This document shows positions 29,077 through 36,962 of a DNA stretch of 64,000 nt, in pieces. This stretch comes from Bacteroidales bacterium. Its GTDB lineage: Bacteria; Bacteroidota; Bacteroidia; Bacteroidales; UBA10428. The first letter of the stretch is position 1. Every line of letters begins with the position of its first letter. The position numbers and the translations under genes are program-made. The notes beneath the pieces are model-generated. The model saw only the letters and a program-made list of their open reading frames with translations, was not told the origin of the DNA and ran no database searches. Location of the stretch: contig JBGSSA010000141.1 in assembly GCA_041737295.1 (NCBI GenBank), forward strand, positions 397 to 64,396. Reading direction: 5' to 3'.

Positions 29077-29514
29077 GTGAAAAACATGCAGGATATACAG
29101 CAGGAGATAGTGGATGAATTCGAAGTATACGATGACTGGATGGATAAATACAATTACCTGATCGAATTGAGCCGTAACCTTCCATTGATCGATCCAAAAC
29201 TGAAGATCAATGAAAATATAATAAACGGCTGCCAGTCCAAAGTATGGCTAAGCGCCGAATACAAGGAAGGCCTGGTTTGGTTCAAAGCTGACAGCGATGC
29301 TATAATAACCAAGGGTATTATTGCCCTGCTTATCCGCGTATTATCCGGAAGGTCCCCTGAAGAACTCATGCAAAGCGAATTGTGGTTTATTGACAAAATC
29401 GGCCTTCGTCAGAATTTATCGCCTACGCGATCGAATGGCCTGCTGTCAATGGTAAAACAAATGAAATTATACGCGTTGGCGTACCACACGAAGAAAGTGA
29501 CGAGTGACGAGTGA
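29077..29514 (+). CDS. sufE: Cysteine desulfuration protein SufE
   Basis: GCQSKVWL active-site motif. The start is GTG 29077 or ATG 29086. The last 5 codons plus the stop lie in a GTGACGA repeat. Confidence 0.88.
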   Translation: MKNMQDIQQEIVDEFEVYDDWMDKYNYLIELSRNLPLIDPKLKINENIINGCQSKVWLSAEYKEGLVWFKADSDAIITKGIIALLIRVLSGRSPEELMQSELWFIDKIGLRQNLSPTRSNGLLSMVKQMKLYALAYHTKKVTSDE

Positions 29515-29531
29515 CAAGGAGGAAGTGACCT
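29497..29531. repeat. 7-mer tandem repeat (GTGACGA x2, GTGACAA, GGAGGAA, GTGACCT)
   Basis: Direct reading. It supplies the sufE stop codon (GTGACGAGTGA). Confidence 0.85.
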
Positions 29532-29545
29532 GTTTAAAAGATAAT

Positions 29546-29633
29546 AAATGTAGAGGCGACTCTCAGAGTCGCCTTAACCGTAACTAAATAAATGCAGAGA
29601 CGACTCTCAGAGTCGCCTCAACCGTATCTAAAT
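29546..29633. repeat. 44-bp tandem duplication x2, each carrying a hairpin (GGCGACTC-TCA-GAGTCGCC)
   Basis: Units at 29546..29589 and 29590..29633 differ at a few positions. Hairpins are at 29555..29573 and 29599..29617. Confidence 0.9.
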
Positions 29634-29657
29634 TAAAGCCGCTAAAAAATTACCATA

Positions 29658-29981
29658 ATGGAAAACGAAAGATCATTGTTGTCGATTGAGGCAGAAGTGG
29701 TAAATGTGTTGAAAACTACATATGATCCCGAAATACCGGTCAATATTTACGATCTCGGACTGATCTATGATATTGAAGTGGATGATACTAAGAAGGTACG
29801 TGTTACGATGACACTGACCGCCCCTAACTGTCCGGTCGCCGACAGTCTCCCCCAGGAGATCCGCGACAGGATTGCCTCTCTTGAAGGAATAACCGGAGTG
29901 GATATCAATCTTGTGTTTGATCCGCCCTGGAATCAGTCGATGATGTCGGAAGAAGCACTTCTCGAACTAGGCATGTTATAA
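29658..29981 (+). CDS. DUF59/MIP18-family Fe-S assembly protein (SufT-like)
   Basis: 107 aa with DPEIPVNIYDLGLIY...LTAPNCPVA, a typical DUF59 pattern. Last gene of the suf cluster. Confidence 0.85.
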   Translation: MENERSLLSIEAEVVNVLKTTYDPEIPVNIYDLGLIYDIEVDDTKKVRVTMTLTAPNCPVADSLPQEIRDRIASLEGITGVDINLVFDPPWNQSMMSEEALLELGML

Positions 29982-30056
29982 ATTTATTGTGTTTATATCA
30001 AAATAAATGTTCATTGGAACGATTTTTGATTATTTTTGTGATATAATTACCCGTTT

Positions 30057-30428
30057 ATGAAGAAATTTTTACCCTTATTTGCGATGTTTTTTGTCTGGGC
30101 TGCTTTGGTGACTGCCAATGGCTTACCCGCTGCAGAGATGAATTCTATGGAACGTACGTTTTTTCAACCCGGACAGGACCCATTGTCCCGGGAAATTGAA
30201 CTATACCCCAATCCGATTACTGAAGGACGTCTGACAATCACTTCCACAGAAAGTATTCTATCGGTACAGATACTGAATATTACCGGTAAAATTGTCTTTA
30301 ACCAGGAATTTCAATCCAATACAAATGCAGTAGACCTGCAACTGGATAAACTTGAAAATGGCATTTACCTGGTCAGGATTGGTTTCGCCGGCAAAGAAAC
30401 CCATACCGAAAAGGTAATGGTAAAATAA
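30057..30428 (+). CDS. Small secreted protein: signal peptide, ~26-aa passenger, then T9SS type-A C-terminal sorting domain
   Basis: MKKFLPLFAMFFVWAALVTA signal peptide. ELYPNPITEGRLTI...GIYLVRI...KVMVK matches the Por_Secre_tail pattern. Confidence 0.75.
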   Translation: MKKFLPLFAMFFVWAALVTANGLPAAEMNSMERTFFQPGQDPLSREIELYPNPITEGRLTITSTESILSVQILNITGKIVFNQEFQSNTNAVDLQLDKLENGIYLVRIGFAGKETHTEKVMVK

Positions 30429-30432
30429 TTCA

Positions 30433-30470
30433 CTTCGCGCCCTTTGCGTATACCTCTGCGCCCTTTGCGG
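30433..30470. repeat. Direct repeat CT(T)C(T)GCGCCCTTTGCG x2
   Basis: Copies at 30433..30448 and 30454..30470. They lie between convergent genes and resemble the CTCTGCG(A/C)CC motifs of the ~100-nt core element. Confidence 0.7.
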
Positions 30471-30494
30471 TTAAGAAGATTTCTCCTGAAATCC

Positions 30495-31115
30495 TTATAA
30501 TATAAAGGTAAGACCAAAAATAAAACTGTCCGGGGAAAGATCGATCCCGAATGAATTCTGAATGTCCCTGTTGTCATCCCCCTGTCCGGTAACATCGGTC
30601 CGGAATCCGAACCAGCCGAATTTCGCTTCGATGGCAATTTTCGGGGTAACATAATAATAAACTCCGGGAGAAAGAAGGGCTGAAAAACCGAATACATTGT
30701 CGGTTTCTGTCGCCTCATCACTGAAAGTTTTATTCTTTCCGAAGGAAAAGCCCATGGATGCCTCGGCAAAGATGCCCCCCTGACCATATATAAGGTAATA
30801 CCTTCCAAACGGGTTCAACACCATGTTGGAATACGTCCGTTTTTCAATTGTAGACTGGGGATCCTTATCAATCTGAAGGTCAAAACCGACTCCGGCGCCG
30901 ACAGCAACCCGGTCATTTAAGAAATAACCGCCCACAGGCATGACGGTAAAATAGGTGGTAGATCCATCCTTTTCGGTTGTACTGCCATCTTTAGATTTAT
31001 CGACGGTGCCGTATAAACTGAAATGTCCGCCGATAAAAAATTTATTCCCGGTCGGCTGGGCCATCAGCTGAATGCTTAACAGCCATGCAATTACAATGAA
31101 CGTTACTTGTTTCAT
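30495..31115 (-). CDS. Outer-membrane beta-barrel protein (OmpW/porin-like small barrel)
   Basis: 206 aa. Signal peptide MKQVTFIVIAWLLSIQLMAQ, alternating beta-strand pattern, and a C-terminal FGLTFIL. Confidence 0.65.
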   Translation of the reverse strand: MKQVTFIVIAWLLSIQLMAQPTGNKFFIGGHFSLYGTVDKSKDGSTTEKDGSTTYFTVMPVGGYFLNDRVAVGAGVGFDLQIDKDPQSTIEKRTYSNMVLNPFGRYYLIYGQGGIFAEASMGFSFGKNKTFSDEATETDNVFGFSALLSPGVYYYVTPKIAIEAKFGWFGFRTDVTGQGDDNRDIQNSFGIDLSPDSFIFGLTFIL

Positions 31116-31199
31116 CTGGATGGGTATTAAAGTTTATACAAAGATACATCACTTGATATAAAATGATATTATCTTTGACGCACGTTCATTATTTTATTG

Positions 31200-31304
31200 C
31201 TTATCCAGAAAGGTGGAGGGTATGGCCCTGTGAAACCTTAGCAACCCTTTCAGATTTTGAAAGAAGGTGCTAACTCCTGCTCCGGCTTGCCGGGGATAGA
31301 TAAG
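31200..31304 (+). promoter_or_regulatory. SAM-I (S-box) riboswitch
   Basis: CUUAUCCAGAAAGGUGGAGGGUAUGGCCCUGUGAAACCUUAGCAACC...AAGGUGCUAACUCCUGC...GAUAAG. It matches the conserved S-box core and P1 (CUUAUC/GAUAAG), and lies upstream of hom. Confidence 0.9.
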
Positions 31305-31316
31305 TCGGACATCGTG

Positions 31317-31353
31317 ATCCCTTTTGACTTATCAGAAGGGATTTTTTATTTTT
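31317..31353 (+). terminator. Riboswitch expression-platform terminator
   Basis: Stem ATCCCTT/AAGGGAT followed by TTTTTTATTTTT. The loop contains CTTATC, which can alternatively pair with the P1 3' strand GATAAG (antiterminator logic). Confidence 0.8.
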
Positions 31354-31401
31354 GGCCTCCTGGCAAACCAGCGGGCAGTAATAACTATTAATTTTTCAAT
31401 C

Positions 31402-32589
31402 ATGGAAAAAACTATCAAGCTTGGCATTTTCGGATTTGGCTGTGTGGGCCAGGGGTTGTATAATGTGTTACACCATACCCGGGGTATTAATGCCGAGATT
31501 AAAAAAATCTGCATCAAACACCCCGATAAGAAAAGGCCAATTGATGCCTGTTTTTTTACAACTGACCGTAATGAAATCCTGAATGATCCTGAAATTGATG
31601 TTGTTGTGGAACTCATTGATGAGGTGGATGCCGCATTTGAAATAGTCTCTGCAGCGCTTAAGAAAAGGAAAGCGGTAGTCTCAGCCAATAAAAAAATGAT
31701 CGCCGAAAATTTCGAAACCCTGCTTAACCTCCAGCGTGAATACAATACATCCTTCCTGTATGAAGCCTCCTGTTGTGCCAGTATTCCCGTAATACGAAAC
31801 CTTGAAGAATATTATGATAATGATTTGCTTACCAGCGTGGAAGGCATTCTTAACGGATCAACAAATTATATTCTCACAAACATTTTCCAGCATAACCAGC
31901 CATTTGATGCGGCGCTTAAAAGAGCACAGGAACTTGGTTTTGCAGAGAGTGACCCCAGCCTTGACATCAAAGCCCTCGATCCCAAGTATAAACTGCTGAT
32001 CATCCTGGTCCATGCATTCGGCATCATCCTCAAACCTGATGATATTTTCAACTATGGCATCATGAATCTGAAGGATACAGATATCCGGTATGCCCGCGAA
32101 AAAAATGCAAGCATCAAACTTATTGCCAAATGCAGGAAGACGGATAATAAGGTGATTGCCTATTGTATGCCGCGGTTTGTGGCACATGAAGATACACTCA
32201 ACAAGGTGACCTATGAATATAACGGTCTGCTTGTGGAAGGTGCATTTTCCGAGCACCAGTTTTTTATGGGCAAAGGTGCCGGCGGAAATCCTACCGGTTC
32301 AGCCGTGCTTTCCGACATATCTGCATTGACCTATAATTACAGGTATGAATATAAAAAGATAAGCCAGCATTTGAATTATGGTTTCTCGCAGGATATAAAC
32401 CTTGAAATCTTTGTCAGTTACACCGGAAACACAAAACCTGAATTATCCGATTTTAACACTATTTCTGTAAAACACGAATCGCCTGATTTCAATTATGTGA
32501 TCGGAAACATTAACCTGGAAACGCTCAGGCAATGCGCATGGATACATGAAGAAAACATCAGTATTGTGCTAACCGAAAATAACTTATGA
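31402..32589 (+). CDS. hom: Homoserine dehydrogenase
   Basis: KLGIFGFGCVGQG NAD-binding fold and ANKKMIA. The start is trimmed to ATG 31402, because the ORF-track N-terminus runs through the riboswitch terminator. Confidence 0.85.
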   Translation: MEKTIKLGIFGFGCVGQGLYNVLHHTRGINAEIKKICIKHPDKKRPIDACFFTTDRNEILNDPEIDVVVELIDEVDAAFEIVSAALKKRKAVVSANKKMIAENFETLLNLQREYNTSFLYEASCCASIPVIRNLEEYYDNDLLTSVEGILNGSTNYILTNIFQHNQPFDAALKRAQELGFAESDPSLDIKALDPKYKLLIILVHAFGIILKPDDIFNYGIMNLKDTDIRYAREKNASIKLIAKCRKTDNKVIAYCMPRFVAHEDTLNKVTYEYNGLLVEGAFSEHQFFMGKGAGGNPTGSAVLSDISALTYNYRYEYKKISQHLNYGFSQDINLEIFVSYTGNTKPELSDFNTISVKHESPDFNYVIGNINLETLRQCAWIHEENISIVLTENNL

Positions 32590-32731
32590 CAGGATCAGCA
32601 AAAGAGATTTTGTTATTAAAAAAATATTTGTTTTTTTAGCAAAAAATATACGGAACAGCTTTTGCAATTAAGATTAAAATTTATATAAATTTACCCCAGT
32701 CAGATGATACAACCTAATTACTCTTAAAATC

Positions 32732-33025
32732 GTGGGAAAGAAAAGAATAATCAAATCTTATGAGCAACTGTCGGAAGAAATGGTTGAACGGTTAAAAGCG
32801 AAGTACCCCGACGGATATGAAGACAGAACCATCACCTTCACTAACCCCAGGGGTGAGATCGAAGTTGCTATTCCCTTCGAAACGGAAGAAATTTATTATC
32901 TTATCAAACTTCCCCGTACGAACGCTGCGGAAGAAGAGGAAGAAGTTGAATCATCTTCTTTTGATGAATTCGACAATTTCGAAAGCCTTGAAATAGGAGA
33001 TGATGTCTCCGAAGACGAAGAGTGA
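32732..33025 (+). CDS. Hypothetical small protein with an acidic C-terminal tail
   Basis: 97-aa ORF with a GTG start. The N-terminal 60 aa looks globular, followed by a D/E-rich tail. No family recognised. Confidence 0.5.
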   Translation: MGKKRIIKSYEQLSEEMVERLKAKYPDGYEDRTITFTNPRGEIEVAIPFETEEIYYLIKLPRTNAAEEEEEVESSSFDEFDNFESLEIGDDVSEDEE

Positions 33026-33050
33026 TCAATAATCGGTAATCTTCATTGAG

Positions 33051-33209
33051 ATTGGATACTGGATATTGGATACTGGATACTCGATATACCAGCATCCAGT
33101 ATCCAGCATCCAGTATCCAGCATCCAGTATCCAGTATCCAGCATCCAGCATCAAGCATCCAGCATCAAGCATCCAGTATCCAGCATCCAGCATCCAGTAT
33201 CCGACTACC
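33051..33209. repeat. Inverted heptamer arrays: (AYTGGAT)x5, then the complementary (AGYATCC)x17
   Basis: Units tiled by hand across 33051..33085 and 33091..33209. The last degenerate unit contains the ung stop codon. Confidence 0.95.
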
Positions 33210-33885
33210 TGCCCAAATCCCAGTTAATCTCTTCCAATCCGTGTTTCCTAAGGATTTCGTTGGTTTTGGAAAAATGCCGGCATCCGAAAAATCCGTTATA
33301 GGCTGAAAAAGGAGAAGGATGAGCTGCCTTTAAAATATAATGCCGGTTTGTATCGATCAATGACTCTTTTTCCTGAGCAAATTTTCCCCAAAGAAGGAAT
33401 ATTAATCCCACTCTTTTTTCCGATAACCCTGAGATTACAGCGTGTGTGAAATTTTCCCACCCTCTGCGCTGATGAGAGCCCGGTTGATTGGCCCTTACCG
33501 TTAATGTGGCATTCAGCAGCAATACCCCCTGCCTGGCCCATTTTTCAAGATTTCCGCCTGCAGGTACCTTAATGCCCAGGTCCTTTTCAATTTCCTTGAA
33601 TATATTCACAAGCGACGGAGGCGGACTGATGCCCTGCGGAACGGAAAAGCACAGGCCATGCGCCTGTCCCGGCCCGTGATACGGATCCTGTCCCAGTATA
33701 ACCACCTTAACCTGGTTGAAAGGAGTAAGCTGAAAGGCATTGAAAATCTGCGATCCCGGAGGGTACACTGGATATTTTGCCTTTTCTTCAGTCAAAAATT
33801 CCTTCAGCTCCATAAAATAGGAGCTGCCGAACTCAGATGCAAGAACCTCCTTCCAGCTTTCTTCAATTTGTGGATTTACCTGCAT
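33205..33885 (-). CDS. ung: Uracil-DNA glycosylase
   Basis: VVILGQDPYHGPGQAHGLCFSV and HPSPFSA motifs. Confidence 0.96.
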   Translation of the reverse strand: MQVNPQIEESWKEVLASEFGSSYFMELKEFLTEEKAKYPVYPPGSQIFNAFQLTPFNQVKVVILGQDPYHGPGQAHGLCFSVPQGISPPPSLVNIFKEIEKDLGIKVPAGGNLEKWARQGVLLLNATLTVRANQPGSHQRRGWENFTHAVISGLSEKRVGLIFLLWGKFAQEKESLIDTNRHYILKAAHPSPFSAYNGFFGCRHFSKTNEILRKHGLEEINWDLGR

Positions 33886-33932
33886 TCCCCGTAAGCATAT
33901 GAATTAGGAAATAAAAATAGTAAAAGATTTCT

Positions 33933-33940
33933 TATTTTTG
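33933..33940 (+). promoter_or_regulatory. Candidate -7 promoter box TATTTTTG
   Basis: TAnnTTTG match 24 nt upstream of ATG 33965. Confidence 0.35.
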
Positions 33941-33964
33941 GGCCTTCATCAACCCCTCCGGTGC

Positions 33965-36742
33965 ATGCCGAAAAATAAAAGGATTATTATACCCTTCATT
34001 GTCATTGCTTCCCTCATCGTAGTCTTTTTGTATTATTTTACGGTGCATAAAAGGATTACTCCTGCCGAACCTTTAAAAGCAGTACCGAATAATGCTATGG
34101 TGATAATCCGGGTGAATGATTTCAATGCCCTTTTTGAAAAAACATCAGTCAATAATCTCATCTGGAATGAATTGAAGGTTATCCCCGGCTTTGATAAATT
34201 AGACAGGCAGCTTCACTTTCTTGACTCTATAATGCAATCGGTTCCCGAGGCGGAAAGTATACTGAACAATCCCCCCTCCTTCATATCCGCGCATATCACC
34301 GGTAAGGACAGGATCAGCCTGCTTCATGTACTCAAGCTGCCCCCCGGGTACGGCGAAAACAGCGTAAATACCCTTATCACCGGACTCGTGGGAAACTCGG
34401 CGAACATAGCAACCCGTGATTACGAAGGAATTACAATCCATGAAATTGTATTCAAAAAGACTTCCGGTCTGGATAATTTTCTGTGGGCGGCATCCCGGAA
34501 TATTCTTATGGTCAGCTTTTCTCCCATTATCCTTGAAGACGCCATCCGCCAGGTAAACTCGGATGAGTCACCGGTCAATCTGAAAGGGTTCCCCGAAATA
34601 TATGCCACTGCCGGAAAGAATGTGGATGCCAATGTATTTGTCAATTTTTCAAGATTTCCATTGGGAATTGCCACATTTACAACACCCGACTTTAAAGGGA
34701 AAGCCCGGTCGGCGAAGAATTTTGCCCAATGGGCGGGAATGGACCTGAATTTATTGTCCGACATGCTGCTGATGAATGGCTTTGTTATTCCCCCCGATTC
34801 GGTCCCGTCACTCGCAACATTATTTGTAAATCAAAGTCCCCAGAAAATTACCGCGGACAAAATACTTCCCGGTTCCGTTGCTTCCTTTATATCCATTTCA
34901 ATGTCCGACCCGGAATTATACATGAACACGTATAAATCCTACCTGCAGGAATTGGGGAAGCTGACTGCCTATAATAATACATTTCAGACACTTAATGAAA
35001 TTTATAATACCGATTTACCGTCCGATTTTGCAGGTTTAATGGATAACGAACTCACCCTTGCTTATGACGCATCATCCCCCACCGCAGATTCGACCCAGGT
35101 ATTTGTGCTGATCCGTGTAAAGAGCCAGGGCCTGGCATCTGATAAAATGATGGACCTTCTGCAAAAGGCGGCGGCCTATGAATCCAAACCCTTATCTGAC
35201 TTTACATTCAATTATCAGCTCGACAACGAATTGCATTACAACATCTACAGGCTTCCTATTTATAACCTTACGGCAAATTTGTTTGGTTCTGTTTTCTCTC
35301 CCCTGGGAGAGCATTTTTTTGTGCTGATCGATAACTATCTTGTTTTCGGATCCTCTGTTCAATCTCTTCGTTCCCTTATCCATAACCAGGTTCTGAACAA
35401 GACCCTCGAAAACGATGCAGCCTTTACCCAGTTTAAGAACAGCCTGTCGCCCCGTTCCAATATTCTTTTTTACAATAACCTGAGCAAGAGCCGCAAGGTT
35501 TTTTCTCCTTTTCTGAAAAAGGAGCTGGCAAGAAACTGGGAAAAATACGAGACTGTATTTCAAAAAATTCCGGTTATGGGATTTCAGATGTACTCGAATA
35601 ACAAGATGCTTTACAGCAACTTCCTGCTAAAATACTTCCCGGTGTATGACAAGGAGACTCAAACTGTCTGGGGAAGCAAACTTGATACCCTCGCTGCCTG
35701 CAAGCCTGTTTTTGTTGTCAATCAGCAAACCGGGCAGAATGTTGTATTTGTGCAGGACATGAAGTATAACATTTACCTGATTAACCAGGTAGGCCGCATA
35801 CTATGGAAATTGCAGCTGCCTGAGCTGATCAACAGTGAGATCTTCCAGGTTGATTATTTCCGTAATGGCAAAAAACAGTTGCTCTTTAGTACCCGCAACA
35901 GTTTATACCTGGTTGACAGGATGGGCAATTTTGTTGACAGGTACCCGGTTAATCTCCGGTCACCGGCCACCTGCGGCGTATCCGTCTTTGATTATGACAA
36001 TACGCGTGACTACAGGTTATTTATCGCGGGGGAAGACAAAAAAATATATGCCTATACAAAAGAAGGGATCCTTGTGAACGGATGGTCCTTCGGTCAGTCG
36101 GAAAGTGAAGTGACCCGGCCGGTAAACCATTTCAGGATCGGGGACAAGGATTTTCTTGTTTTCGGGGATCACTTCCGCACATACATACTCGACAGGAAGG
36201 GCAATACCCGGGTGAACACCGACGTGTTTTTTCCCAGGTCGGTCTTAAATAACTATTATCTTGATCTGCCCCGGGACGGGTCCTCCCCCGGTGTCATCAC
36301 AACGGATACCACGGGCAAGGTATATAATATACAGTTCAATGGAGAGGTTAAAACCATTGAGCTCGATAAGTTCACCGGGAATCACCATTTTGATTACAGG
36401 GATCTGACCGGCGACGGTGTAATGGAATATATCTATCTTGACAGGAACAGGCTCTCCGTATTTACCCGTGATAAAAAACTGCTCTTTACCTATTCGTTCA
36501 CCGAAACCATGGATACACGTCCCTCAGTATACCAGTTTTCGTCAGGCGATCGCAAACTGGGGATGGTATCCCGGAAAGATGACCGCGTCTACCTTTTTAA
36601 CAGTGACGGTAAGGTATATGACGGATTTCCGCTTCGCGGAAATACTCCGTTCAGCATTGGCAATTTCGGCGATTCCCTTTCGAGATTTAACCTGGTAGTG
36701 GGAAGCAGGGACAATTTTCTTTACAATTACCGGGTACATTAA
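33965..36742 (+). CDS. Hypothetical N-terminally anchored protein with a C-terminal beta-propeller-like repeat region
   Basis: 925 aa from ATG 33965. TM helix IIIPFIVIASLIVVFLYYF. The last ~330 aa show about 7 repeats of the pattern h-h-h-h-D/N-x-x-G-x-h (e.g. SLYLVDRMGNFV, KIYAYTKEGILV, RVYLFNSDGKVY). It lies directly upstream of porP-gldKLMN. Confidence 0.7.
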   Translation: MPKNKRIIIPFIVIASLIVVFLYYFTVHKRITPAEPLKAVPNNAMVIIRVNDFNALFEKTSVNNLIWNELKVIPGFDKLDRQLHFLDSIMQSVPEAESILNNPPSFISAHITGKDRISLLHVLKLPPGYGENSVNTLITGLVGNSANIATRDYEGITIHEIVFKKTSGLDNFLWAASRNILMVSFSPIILEDAIRQVNSDESPVNLKGFPEIYATAGKNVDANVFVNFSRFPLGIATFTTPDFKGKARSAKNFAQWAGMDLNLLSDMLLMNGFVIPPDSVPSLATLFVNQSPQKITADKILPGSVASFISISMSDPELYMNTYKSYLQELGKLTAYNNTFQTLNEIYNTDLPSDFAGLMDNELTLAYDASSPTADSTQVFVLIRVKSQGLASDKMMDLLQKAAAYESKPLSDFTFNYQLDNELHYNIYRLPIYNLTANLFGSVFSPLGEHFFVLIDNYLVFGSSVQSLRSLIHNQVLNKTLENDAAFTQFKNSLSPRSNILFYNNLSKSRKVFSPFLKKELARNWEKYETVFQKIPVMGFQMYSNNKMLYSNFLLKYFPVYDKETQTVWGSKLDTLAACKPVFVVNQQTGQNVVFVQDMKYNIYLINQVGRILWKLQLPELINSEIFQVDYFRNGKKQLLFSTRNSLYLVDRMGNFVDRYPVNLRSPATCGVSVFDYDNTRDYRLFIAGEDKKIYAYTKEGILVNGWSFGQSESEVTRPVNHFRIGDKDFLVFGDHFRTYILDRKGNTRVNTDVFFPRSVLNNYYLDLPRDGSSPGVITTDTTGKVYNIQFNGEVKTIELDKFTGNHHFDYRDLTGDGVMEYIYLDRNRLSVFTRDKKLLFTYSFTETMDTRPSVYQFSSGDRKLGMVSRKDDRVYLFNSDGKVYDGFPLRGNTPFSIGNFGDSLSRFNLVVGSRDNFLYNYRVH

Positions 36743-36962
36743 AATCAAACAGAGCGGTAGACCGGAAAAATTTAGAAAAAAGAGGGAGATCACAGTAACA
36801 TTTAAGAACCATTTCAGTATAATGTCTGGATGCAAAAGGTTATTAACAGGCTGAGGTTAATTTAGATTTGTGGTTATACAATATTTTTACTTATTTTACC
36901 TTTTATATAGGCTTAATTGGTGCTATCTGTAGGTAATTCATTAAAAGTAGGATAGTAGAAAT

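Noticed and set aside
32904-33306. ORFs 33046..33306 (+) and 32904..33158 (-) with periodic peptides (SSIQHPASSIQ..., WILDTGCWILD...)
   Set aside because: They are read-throughs of the heptamer arrays. They overlap ung and the acidic-protein gene, and the periodic sequence is not protein-like.
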